Below, piece by piece: positions 39,129 through 48,090 of a stretch of 64,000 nucleotides of DNA. The notes under the pieces were generated by a model. The model saw only the letters and a list, made by a program, of their open reading frames with translations, did not search any database and was not told the origin of the DNA. Source of the DNA: Verrucomicrobiia bacterium (GTDB lineage Bacteria > Verrucomicrobiota > Verrucomicrobiia > JADLBR01 > JAIBCM01); contig JAIBCM010000002.1 in assembly GCA_019694135.1 (NCBI GenBank), positions 22,143 to 86,142 of the forward strand, written 5' to 3'. Within the stretch, counting starts at the first letter, position 1, and each line of letters begins with the position of its first letter. A program made the position numbers and the translations under genes.

Positions 39129-39482
39129 TTAGTGAGTTGAAATTTCCTGGTGAGTTAAGCCATTTCTAACTAAAGCGTGAGGTTGCAAAAGCCAAACATT
39201 TTGTTGTTTGTAAACTCGATCTCCCGCGCTTTGATGTTCCAGGCCTTCGATTTCATTTCCTTTTTTAATTCCTATAAAATAGATGTCGTAATCGGTTTGG
39301 TCAGGGTGAGAATAAATTTCGGCGGTGACATCGTTGTTTGTGTCGATTTCCAAATCAATTCGGGAATAGTCATTGTCTTTTTGATAAAGAAATTGTCTTT
39401 TCCCACTGGTATTAAGTTGGGTGGTGGTTTGACAGGCGGATAAAAGACAGACGGCCAAGAAAAAGATGCTAAAATGTTTCAT
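39129..39482 (-). CDS. Small lipoprotein (117 aa), first gene of the hpnC-hpnDE operon
   Basis: Signal peptide with lipobox LLSAC. The gene lies 4 nt upstream of hpnC on the same strand. Confidence 0.55.
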   Translation of the reverse strand: MKHFSIFFLAVCLLSACQTTTQLNTSGKRQFLYQKDNDYSRIDLEIDTNNDVTAEIYSHPDQTDYDIYFIGIKKGNEIEGLEHQSAGDRVYKQQNVWLLQPHALVRNGLTHQEISTH

Positions 39483-39558
39483 AAAGGCTTTTTAACTGAA
39501 CTTAGAAAAGTGAAAATAATTTTATTTCTTCTTTTTCATCTTTTTTTATTGTGGCGAA

Positions 39559-40638
39559 ATGAACCAGTCGGAAAATGAGACGCCTACAAGGTTAGGTTAC
39601 CGAATGCCTGCGGAATGGGAACCGCATGAGGCTACGTGGTTGAGTTGGCCGCGTCGTGATGGGATTTCGTTCCCAGGACGATTTGATTCCATTCCTTCCT
39701 ATTGGGTGCGAATGGCGGAACTTTTGTCTGAGGGGGAGTTGGTCAGGATTAACGTGTTTGACGAGGCGCATGAAGCGGAGGTTAAAGAACATTTGGTGAA
39801 AGGGGGATTAGAAAAAAAATTAAATCAACGGATTTTTTTACATCGTTTTCCGGCGTATGAACCGTGGTGTCGAGATCATGGTCCGATTTTTGTTGTGAAA
39901 GAAGAAGCTCCTGAATTGGCGATTGTGGATTGGGGTTATAATGCGTGGGGAGGTAAATATCCCCCTTATGATTGGGATGATGTGGTGCCGACGCACATCG
40001 CTAATTTTTTAAAAGTTCCTTGTTTCCAACCCAAAATGATTTTGGAAGGAGGCTCGATTGATGTGAATGGTTGCGGCTCACTTTTAACGACAACCTCTTG
40101 TTTGTTAAACCCGAATCGCAATCCGGATTTGAGTCAGGAAACTATTGAGAATTATTTGAAAGATTATTTAGGGGTAACGAACATTTTATGGCTTGGAGAG
40201 GGGATTATTGGGGATGACACCGATGGTCATGTGGATGATATCACGCGTTTTGTTTCGCCCACCACTATAGTTACTGGCATTACTGACGATCCGCAGGATC
40301 CTAATTTTGAGCCGCTCATGGAAAATTATCGTCGTTTATTGGAGATGAAAAATGAGGAAGGAAAGCCTTTCCATGTTTGTTCGCTGCCTATGCCGACTCC
40401 GCAGAGTTATGAGGGGCAGCCCTTACCAGCGAGCTATGCCAATTTTTATATTGGAAATAAAGTGGTGTTGGTGCCCATTTATGATTGTGATAATGATGGA
40501 GAGGTTTTGGTAACTTTGCGGGAATTATTTCCCAAACGAAAAGTGCATGGGATTGATTGTCGGGATTTGATTTGGGGATTGGGCGCGTTTCATTGTGTTA
40601 CGCAACAACAGCCTGCCATTAAAAAAGTGAAGCAATAG
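39559..40638 (+). CDS. aguA: Agmatine deiminase (porphyromonas-type peptidyl-arginine deiminase family)
   Basis: The motif MPAEWEPHEATWLSWP and the conserved C-terminal Cys region GAFHCVTQQ are present. Confidence 0.8.
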   Translation: MNQSENETPTRLGYRMPAEWEPHEATWLSWPRRDGISFPGRFDSIPSYWVRMAELLSEGELVRINVFDEAHEAEVKEHLVKGGLEKKLNQRIFLHRFPAYEPWCRDHGPIFVVKEEAPELAIVDWGYNAWGGKYPPYDWDDVVPTHIANFLKVPCFQPKMILEGGSIDVNGCGSLLTTTSCLLNPNRNPDLSQETIENYLKDYLGVTNILWLGEGIIGDDTDGHVDDITRFVSPTTIVTGITDDPQDPNFEPLMENYRRLLEMKNEEGKPFHVCSLPMPTPQSYEGQPLPASYANFYIGNKVVLVPIYDCDNDGEVLVTLRELFPKRKVHGIDCRDLIWGLGAFHCVTQQQPAIKKVKQ

Positions 40639-40662
40639 AAAAAGCCCGCGTCTAATGATAAT

Positions 40663-41163
40663 ATGAAAAAATCCCTAGTTTCCCAATGGAGTATGGTCAC
40701 GGCGATGGTTGCCGGTTTAGTAGTTGTTTGTAATCATTCTGTTCAAGCGGAAGAGCTTTCACCTGAACAAGGAAGCCAAAAAATGATTAAGCGTTTTGAC
40801 ACCAATCATGACGGAAAATTGGATTCCAAAGAGCTGGAAGTGATGAAGGCTAAGATGGCTGAGATGCGAAAAGAGCATCAAGAAAGAATGCTGGAAAAAT
40901 TTGATAAAAATAAAGATGGACAGTTGGATGACCAAGAAAGAGCTGAGATGCAAAAAGCTAGGCAAGCCTGGCAGGAGCAGCGCGCGGAAAATAGAGAAAA
41001 AGTTTTTGAAAAATTAGATTTAAATAAAGATGGAAAGTTGGACGAAACCGAATTGAAAAAGGCTCAGGAAAAACGATTGGATAAAGCAATGTCTTTAGAC
41101 ACGAACAAAGATGGGAAAATAGATAAAAAAGAGTGGGAAGCTCGGAAGCCGCAGAAAGAATAA
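40663..41163 (+). CDS. Secreted EF-hand calcium-binding repeat protein
   Basis: A signal peptide is followed by four DxNxDGKxD loops: DTNHDGKLD, DKNKDGQLD, DLNKDGKLD and DTNKDGKID. Confidence 0.75.
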   Translation: MKKSLVSQWSMVTAMVAGLVVVCNHSVQAEELSPEQGSQKMIKRFDTNHDGKLDSKELEVMKAKMAEMRKEHQERMLEKFDKNKDGQLDDQERAEMQKARQAWQEQRAENREKVFEKLDLNKDGKLDETELKKAQEKRLDKAMSLDTNKDGKIDKKEWEARKPQKE

Positions 41164-41263
41164 ATTGACCTACAGATTAGCACGGCTTTGTGTGAAGTCT
41201 TATTAATAAATGATCCATGTGAATTGGTAAAATTTATGAATAGATAGCTATTTTGCCAATTCC

Positions 41264-41959
41264 TTATTCATCTTTTTTAGTAATTTCTAGACGAAGGGTA
41301 TTGGTGGCGATACCGGCACGATTTTCTACGATGAGTTTGATAGGAAAAGTGCCAACAGGGATGCGACGTTTGGTTTCGCGATAGTAAAAATCGATTTCAC
41401 CGCGGTTTTTGTTGAATTCGGGCCAATCCTCAGGCCAAGCGATATCACTATTGGTAGCGTTGCCAGATTTTCCTACTGGGAAAACGACGCTAAAATTGGT
41501 AGGAGCGGGCACGGCGGTGATGCGATAGCGTCCATCAATTTTGTGGATGGCATGGTAAGGATCCCATTTGATTTCGATGGATTTAAAGAGGCGACTGGTG
41601 ATTCTGGGTTTAGGGTAGCGACGTTTTATGGTGAGGGTGTAAATTTGTGAATTGGTGGCATTGAGTTGGGCATTGGTGGGATTGATTTGTATGGCAGTGA
41701 TGGTAATGGAGAGGTTGGTGGTTTTATGAAGGGGAGTGCCTGAGATAATGCCTTCAGTTGTATTAAGGTTTAAGTTGGTGGGTAAGTCGGTTGCGCTGAA
41801 TTGGGTGGGAACGTTGGTGGGAGAATATTGGATTTGAAAGGATAGAGATTGTTTCACGCGCCCCCGAATTTCGTAGGGAGGGTCTAAGGTTAAAGCATGG
41901 CTATGCAGGGCGATTAGGAATATCGTACTTGCTAAATTGCCCCAGATTAATTGTTTCAT
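41264..41959 (-). CDS. Secreted protein with two He_PIG/cadherin-like (putative Ig) domains
   Basis: Signal peptide present. The motif LPTNLNLNTTEGIISGTP matches the dystroglycan-type cadherin-like domain signature. Confidence 0.55.
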   Translation of the reverse strand: MKQLIWGNLASTIFLIALHSHALTLDPPYEIRGRVKQSLSFQIQYSPTNVPTQFSATDLPTNLNLNTTEGIISGTPLHKTTNLSITITAIQINPTNAQLNATNSQIYTLTIKRRYPKPRITSRLFKSIEIKWDPYHAIHKIDGRYRITAVPAPTNFSVVFPVGKSGNATNSDIAWPEDWPEFNKNRGEIDFYYRETKRRIPVGTFPIKLIVENRAGIATNTLRLEITKKDE

Positions 41960-42336
41960 GATCTTAATAGTTAAGTTAAACAAGATTTTTAAAAATGGAA
42001 GGCTCTTTCTGAGATGCGGGATAGGTGGTTTTTATGAGCTGGTATTAAAATTGAGCCTTAAAATAGGTTTTTTAGGTGAGCGGGGTGGCATACGCCATTT
42101 GGCGTATTGAGGGAGTGGGAAAATCGTGGAATACTGTCCTAGCAATGAAAAAGTTAGGTTCAATTCAATTAAAGGTTCAGACGAGGACTACGGGAGATTG
42201 GAATCGTCTGTTTCTCAGAATGACCAACTTAGGCTGCAGGTACGGGAGAGCCTGCGGTATTTGGTGGGGGGGATGGCCAAGCATCTCCCCCCACTTTGGG
42301 TAAGGAATTCGCTTTCAAGGCGAAGAATGAAACGCA

Positions 42337-42371
42337 AAGCCGGGATTAAAATCCCGGCTTTTCTGTTTTTA
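42337..42371 (+). terminator. Rho-independent terminator inside the mreB upstream region
   Basis: Stem aagccggga/tcccggctt with a 6-nt loop, followed by ttctgttttta. Confidence 0.65.
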
Positions 42372-42483
42372 TGGGTGATGAAAAGCTGATTGCTTTCATA
42401 ATTTCTAATTTATAATTCTTAATTTATTATATAGTGAAATGCCTTGACCATTTTGTGCTTCGAGGTAAGGATGAGAAGATATT

Positions 42484-43521
42484 ATGTTAAGAAAGTTGCT
42501 TGGATTTTTTTCCAGCGATATTGGTATTGATTTAGGAACAGCCAATACGCTGGTTTTTGTTAAGGATCGCGGTGTTGTGTTGCGAGAACCTTCGGTTGTG
42601 GCCGTGCAATCTGGCACGCGCAAGGTAGTAGCAGTGGGCGATGAAGCGAAGCGCATGTTGGGCAGAACGCCTGGAAATATTACTGCGGTGCGGCCTTTGA
42701 AAGATGGGGTGATTGCGGATTTTGATATTACGGAAGCGATGTTGCGTCATTTTATTAAGAAGGTGCATCATGGTAGTAAGTTGGTGAGTCCGATGGTTGT
42801 GATTGCAATTCCTTCAGGCATTACGGAAGTTGAAAAGCGTGCGGTTCGCGAGTCGGCTTTGCATGCGGGTGCGCGGGAGGTTTATTTGATTGAGGAGCCG
42901 ATGGCGGCGGCGTTGGGTGTGGGATTGCCGGTGCAAGAAGCGGCGGGAAATATGATTGTGGATATTGGTGGTGGGACGACGGAAATTGCGATTATTTCTT
43001 TAGGTGGCATTGTTTATTGTCGCAGTGTACGAGTGGCAGGCGATGAGTTGGATGAGAGTATTAGCATTTATTTAAAGCGTGCGTATAATTTAATGATTGG
43101 TGAAAGAACTGCGGAAGATATTAAAATAAAAATCGGTTCGGTGCATGTGATGGATAAAGAGATGACGATGGAAGTGAAGGGACGCGATTTGGTGGCGGGT
43201 TTGCCGAAGACGTTGACGATCACTTCTCAAGAAGTGCGGGAGGCATTGTTGGGGCCGGTGCAAACGATTTTAGAAGCGATTCGTATTACGTTGGAACGTT
43301 GTCCTCCAGAGTTATCGGCAGATTTGATTGATCGTGGTATTGTTTTGGCGGGTGGCGGTGCGCTGTTGCGAGGTATGGATCGTTTGATTTCTGAAGAGAC
43401 AGCATTGCCTGTGTATGTAGCGGAGGATCCCTTGAGTGCGGTGGTGGAAGGCACAGGTAAAGTGTTGCAAGAATTTAAATTTTTAAAGAAAGTGGCTTCT
43501 TACGAAGGGAAAGCCAGTTAA
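42484..43521 (+). CDS. mreB: Rod shape-determining protein MreB
   Basis: Actin-fold motifs DLGTANTLV and GGGTTEIA. Confidence 0.9.
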   Translation: MLRKLLGFFSSDIGIDLGTANTLVFVKDRGVVLREPSVVAVQSGTRKVVAVGDEAKRMLGRTPGNITAVRPLKDGVIADFDITEAMLRHFIKKVHHGSKLVSPMVVIAIPSGITEVEKRAVRESALHAGAREVYLIEEPMAAALGVGLPVQEAAGNMIVDIGGGTTEIAIISLGGIVYCRSVRVAGDELDESISIYLKRAYNLMIGERTAEDIKIKIGSVHVMDKEMTMEVKGRDLVAGLPKTLTITSQEVREALLGPVQTILEAIRITLERCPPELSADLIDRGIVLAGGGALLRGMDRLISEETALPVYVAEDPLSAVVEGTGKVLQEFKFLKKVASYEGKAS

Positions 43522-43623
43522 TAAAGCGGTGAGGCGAAAGAATAAAAAATATATTTTTACTCTAAAATTGGCTGAATGGCTGCGGAAGACAGCGCGTTTT
43601 TAATAGGAAGGCGTTGTGCGATC

Positions 43624-44442
43624 ATGAAAAAAGTTTATTGGTTAATTTTGATCATTATCCTTTCCCTTATTAGTGCTCTTTTTTTGATTCCTAAAGATGT
43701 GGCACAGGATTGGAAGTTGAAAGTTTTGGAGATAACATCTCCTTTTTTTAAGGGTATTGCGAGAGTGAAGTGGCAGGTGACGGTATTAGGCAATGATTTG
43801 AAGTCGATTAATCAAATAAAAAAAGAAAATTTAGAGTTGTTAGCGATTAATGCGCAGTTGCGTGCGGAGAACGAGACGTTTCGCAATTTGGAAAAAGAAA
43901 ATCAGGAATTAAAAAAGGCATTGCGATTTCAGCAAACCAGTTCTTTTCAATTGTTAATTGCCCGAGTGATTGCGCGAGAACCTTCGACGTGGTGGCAATA
44001 TATTACTATTGATCGTGGGGAGGAAGATGGTTTGGAGGTGGATCAAGCAGTGGTTTCTCCACAAGGATTAATTGGAAAAGTGTCGGCGGTGACGCCGGGA
44101 ACGGCTAAGGTGGTTTTATTGGGTGATGAAAATTGTCGTGTTTCAGCGACGTTGGAAGGCAGTAATGAGCAAGGGATTGTAGTGGGTCAGTTAACGGAGG
44201 TAGGAGGTGTGCAATGTCGGATGACATTTATTTCTCGAACTGCTGCGATTGATATTGGTCAGAAAGTTTATACTTCGGGGTTGGGTGGAGTTTTTCCGCA
44301 GGGATTGTTAGTGGGTGAGGTCGCGGAATTGGTTTCGGCCAATGAGAGCGGTGGTTTTGGATTGTACCGTGAAGTGTTAATTATGCCTTCGGCTGAATTA
44401 TCAAATTTAGGCGATGTTTTTGTGGTCATTCGAAAAAAATAG
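43624..44442 (+). CDS. mreC: Rod shape-determining protein MreC
   Basis: TM anchor, coiled coil, and the beta-domain motif SPQGLIGKV...SGLGGVFPQGLLVGEV. Confidence 0.8.
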   Translation: MKKVYWLILIIILSLISALFLIPKDVAQDWKLKVLEITSPFFKGIARVKWQVTVLGNDLKSINQIKKENLELLAINAQLRAENETFRNLEKENQELKKALRFQQTSSFQLLIARVIAREPSTWWQYITIDRGEEDGLEVDQAVVSPQGLIGKVSAVTPGTAKVVLLGDENCRVSATLEGSNEQGIVVGQLTEVGGVQCRMTFISRTAAIDIGQKVYTSGLGGVFPQGLLVGEVAELVSANESGGFGLYREVLIMPSAELSNLGDVFVVIRKK

Positions 44443-44445
44443 ATT

Positions 44446-44970
44446 ATGGCACTGACGCTTTTAAGTTTGGTAGGTGTGATTGTTTTGGCGATCCAGAAAT
44501 GTTTTCAGGCGCCAGCTTGGATGCAAGGCGCTAATTGGGTTTTTGTTCCCTTGTTAGTGATCTATGGGACATTATTTTTATTGCCTTACCAAGCTTGGAT
44601 TTTGGCGTTGGTGTTGGGAGTGTTAACAGATTTTCTATCCGAAGCGCGATTGGGCAGCAATGCGGTGTGTTTATTGATTTTATCGGGGTTGCTGCAGACT
44701 CAATATTTGGAGCGTTGGCGTAAAAAAATTTATGCGCAAATTTTTTTGGCTTTAGTGGGGACGATGTTTTTTTTAATTGTGGATTATCTTTCGTTTTCAT
44801 TGCAGCGCGGCCATTTTTTTTATAGTGACGGTATTTTATTTAAGATGACGGTGGCTTCTTTGTTGAATGCTTTTATGGCGCCGTTTGTTTTTAGTGGGTT
44901 AAATTGGGGCTTGAAAAGGTTGGGCGCGCAACTGCCTTCTGATTCTATCTATGAGGAGGAAGGGGTATGA
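44446..44970 (+). CDS. mreD: Rod shape-determining protein MreD
   Basis: Small polytopic membrane protein placed between mreC and mrdA. Confidence 0.7.
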   Translation: MALTLLSLVGVIVLAIQKCFQAPAWMQGANWVFVPLLVIYGTLFLLPYQAWILALVLGVLTDFLSEARLGSNAVCLLILSGLLQTQYLERWRKKIYAQIFLALVGTMFFLIVDYLSFSLQRGHFFYSDGILFKMTVASLLNAFMAPFVFSGLNWGLKRLGAQLPSDSIYEEEGV

Positions 44971-46958
44971 TTTTAGATGCAGTAGGGCGTCATTCGGCAC
45001 GAGTGAAGGTTTTGGGATTGATGATTTTGCTTGGTTTGGGGATTTTGGTACTGAAGCTTTATCAGTTGCAAGTGGGAGAAGGGCAAGCTTCTGTAGAGCG
45101 AGCGCGGCAGCAAAGTGTGCGCACGATTTTGCTTTCTCCGGCGCGTGGGCTTGTGGCAGATCGATGGGGGGTTCCTTTAGCGGAGTTGCGTCCCAGCGTG
45201 GATATTGATTTGTACTTGCTTGAGATTAAAAGTTATTATCGAAAAAAATATCGTCATTTGCCTTATATCAAAGTGCAAGTGCGTCGCGGAGGAGTCACTA
45301 AGGCAGAGGATGAAGTGGATATTGTCAAGGTGGTTGAAGATAGTATTGCTCCATTGCGAGCGATTTTGGGGGACAAGTTGAATTATGATCCTGAGGCGCT
45401 GCGTTTGCATCAACGTATTCGGGAGAATGTGCCTTTTCAGTTGAAGAGCGATTTGTCATTTGGAGAGTTATCAAAAATTGTGGAACGCAATCCGGTTGTA
45501 CCTGGGGTTAATATTGCGCCGCGTCCGGTGCGCCGTTACGCGTATGGAGCAACGGGATGCCATTTGTTGGGTTATGTGGGGAAACCTCAAGAGGCTAAGC
45601 TTTTGGTTCGTGAAGGTAGAAAAATGGAGGTGGAAACGATTGGGAAAGCAGGTGTGGAATTTGCTTTGGATGATTATTTGCAAGGCGATCCGGGTTATCG
45701 AAATATTGAGGTGGATAGCTTGGGAAGTGTGCAACGCATTTTGGATCAGCAGCAGCCGACTTTGGGAAGTACAGTGTATTTGACGATTGATTTGCGTGTG
45801 CAACAAATTGTGGAGAAGGCGATGGCAGGTGTGGGGCGTGGCGCGTGTGTGGTGATGGATGTGCATAATGGTGATATTTTAGCGATGGTGTCGGTGCCCA
45901 ATTATGATCCCAATACGATTGTGACAAAGACGGGGTGGCAGGATGCGGCGTTAAATGAAGCGAAGCCTTTGATGAATCGGGCGTTGTCAGCTTATGCGCC
46001 AGGGTCCATTTTTAAACCGATTGTGGCTTTGGCTGCGCTGAAATATGACACGGTAACGCCTTCTTTTACTACGACGTGTTATGGCGGGATGCAAGTGGGG
46101 GATCGTTATCGAAAATGTTGGAGTTTTGATAAGGGAGGCTGTGGAACTTTATCTATGTTAGGGGCGATTCGGCGTTCGTGTAATGTTTACTTTTATACGG
46201 TGGGGATTCGAACTGGAATTGAAAAAGTATATGATATTGCGGATCGATTGGGTTTAGGGAAAAAATCAGGCTTACCATTGCGGGGTGAGGATCCGGGAAC
46301 GATCCCCTCATTGGATTGGATGAAGCGAACTTACCCGAAAGATCGATGGAGTAATGGGCACATGGCGAATATGGCAATTGGGCAAGGTTTTGTGCGTGTG
46401 TCTCCTTTGCAGATGGCGGGTGTGGTATCGGCCATTGCGAATGGAGGGACGGCTTATTATCCTCGCTTGATTGCTAAAGTAATGAATGCTGCGGGTGAGG
46501 TAGTGCGAGAAGATCCTATTCGAGTGAAGGGGCAGTTGGATATGCCTGCGGAAAAAATAGAAATTGTTCGGCAAGGTATGCGAGCTGTTGTGAATGAGGG
46601 AGGTGGAACGGGTTCGCGAGCGGCGGTAGAAAATTATGTGATTGCTGGAAAAACTGGCACGGCGCAATTTCCCACTCGCATTCATGGTCGTCAGGTCAAG
46701 GATCAGCGCACATGGTTTATGGCTTTTGGACCCTATGACGAGCCGCGTTATGCAATTTGTTTGATGGTAGAGGGAGGCGCTTCGGGGGGGGCAACGTGCG
46801 CGCCGATTGTGGGAGAGATTTATAAAGAAATTTTTGCTTTGGAAAGTTCCACCCAAGGTTATCAATTGACTTATTTAAAACCGTATCGTGGTCATTTTGA
46901 AGGTGTACAAGAAGTGACACCGGAACAAGATCAAAATCCTGCACCACCTCCGGAGTAA
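44967..46958 (+). CDS. mrdA: Penicillin-binding protein 2 (class B transpeptidase)
   Basis: Motifs SVPNYDPN, PGSIFKP (SxxK), SNG and KTGTAQ. Confidence 0.9.
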   Translation: MILDAVGRHSARVKVLGLMILLGLGILVLKLYQLQVGEGQASVERARQQSVRTILLSPARGLVADRWGVPLAELRPSVDIDLYLLEIKSYYRKKYRHLPYIKVQVRRGGVTKAEDEVDIVKVVEDSIAPLRAILGDKLNYDPEALRLHQRIRENVPFQLKSDLSFGELSKIVERNPVVPGVNIAPRPVRRYAYGATGCHLLGYVGKPQEAKLLVREGRKMEVETIGKAGVEFALDDYLQGDPGYRNIEVDSLGSVQRILDQQQPTLGSTVYLTIDLRVQQIVEKAMAGVGRGACVVMDVHNGDILAMVSVPNYDPNTIVTKTGWQDAALNEAKPLMNRALSAYAPGSIFKPIVALAALKYDTVTPSFTTTCYGGMQVGDRYRKCWSFDKGGCGTLSMLGAIRRSCNVYFYTVGIRTGIEKVYDIADRLGLGKKSGLPLRGEDPGTIPSLDWMKRTYPKDRWSNGHMANMAIGQGFVRVSPLQMAGVVSAIANGGTAYYPRLIAKVMNAAGEVVREDPIRVKGQLDMPAEKIEIVRQGMRAVVNEGGGTGSRAAVENYVIAGKTGTAQFPTRIHGRQVKDQRTWFMAFGPYDEPRYAICLMVEGGASGGATCAPIVGEIYKEIFALESSTQGYQLTYLKPYRGHFEGVQEVTPEQDQNPAPPPE

Positions 46959-46962
46959 TGTT

Positions 46963-48078
46963 ATGAAGCGATTAACTTTACGCCAAAAATTGGAAAATTT
47001 AGATTGGGTATTGCTTTTTGTTGTTGTGTTATGCGCGGTGGCTGGGATTGCGTGTATTTATAGCGCGACGTGGATTAGCGAGAGACCGGAATTGCGCGTT
47101 GCCTATCAGCGTCAAGCGTTTTGGGCTGCGATCGGGTTGGTGGCGTGTTTCATTGTTTCGTTAATCGATTACCAATTATTTTTAAAGTGGGTATGGATAT
47201 TTTTTGGTGGCGCCATTGCTGTGTTGCTTTTGGTTTTGTTAGTGGGTCGCGAAGTTCATGGTGCGAAAAGTTGGTTGGCAATTGGTTCCTTGAGCGTGCA
47301 ACCGGCTGAGTTTACCAAGGTTTGTTTTATTATTTTTTTAGCATGGTTTTTAACTAAGCAAGGTAAGAATGTGCGATCTTTAAGTACTTTTTTAATTAGT
47401 TGTGCGGTGATGGGTGTGTTTATGATTCTCATTCTCAAACAGCCCGATTTGGGTTCTGCTGCAGTTTTTATTCCGATCGCTTTTGCCATGATGTTTGTAG
47501 GAGGGGTGGCAAAGCGATGGCTGGCATTGGGAGGAGTGCTGGGAGTAGTCGGTGCAGTTTTAGCTTTTTTCTTTAAATTGAAGCCTTATCAAAAAGCGCG
47601 TCTTGCCACTTTTTTAAATCCAAGTTTGGATGTGAGTGGAGCGGGTTATCATTTGAATCAAAGTAAGATTGCGATTGGTTCAGGTGGATTGAGCGGAAAA
47701 GGATTTATGGAAGGGACACAGAATATGTTAGGATTTTTACCTCGCGATGTGTCGTTTAGCGATTTTATTTTTTCTGTGATTGGAGAGGAGTTTGGATTTA
47801 TTGGCGGGGTGGCTTTGATTTTAGCGTTTACTTTTATTTTGTTCAGTGCGTTACGCATTTCTATGCGATCTCGGGATTTGGAAGGATCGCTTGTCGCGAC
47901 GGGGGTGGTTATGTTATTTTTTGCACATATTTTTGAGAATATTGGTATGACCATTGGCGTAACACCGATTACGGGAATTCCGCTGCCATTTATTAGTTAT
48001 GGCGGTTCTTTTGTGTTGAGTTGTTTTATTGCGATTGGTTTATTGCAAAGTGTGCATATTCATCGAAGAGTTTATTAA
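46963..48078 (+). CDS. rodA: Peptidoglycan glycosyltransferase RodA (SEDS family)
   Basis: FtsW/RodA/SpoVE family motifs KPDLGSA and GIPLPFISYGGS. Confidence 0.9.
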   Translation: MKRLTLRQKLENLDWVLLFVVVLCAVAGIACIYSATWISERPELRVAYQRQAFWAAIGLVACFIVSLIDYQLFLKWVWIFFGGAIAVLLLVLLVGREVHGAKSWLAIGSLSVQPAEFTKVCFIIFLAWFLTKQGKNVRSLSTFLISCAVMGVFMILILKQPDLGSAAVFIPIAFAMMFVGGVAKRWLALGGVLGVVGAVLAFFFKLKPYQKARLATFLNPSLDVSGAGYHLNQSKIAIGSGGLSGKGFMEGTQNMLGFLPRDVSFSDFIFSVIGEEFGFIGGVALILAFTFILFSALRISMRSRDLEGSLVATGVVMLFFAHIFENIGMTIGVTPITGIPLPFISYGGSFVLSCFIAIGLLQSVHIHRRVY

Positions 48079-48090
48079 AGGATAAGAATT

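Noticed and set aside
42050-42375. tmRNA, RNase P RNA or SRP RNA identity for the structured element
   Set aside because: I see no tRNA-like 3' end with ACCA. The RNase P motifs GGAAAGUCCGGGCUCC and ACAGAACCCGGCUUA are absent. The SRP domain-IV motif is absent. The element remains an unclassified ncRNA or leader candidate.
42076-42389. 75-aa and 87-aa ORFs in the mreB upstream region
   Set aside because: Both run through the intrinsic terminator hairpin and have no RBS. I interpret the region as structured RNA instead.
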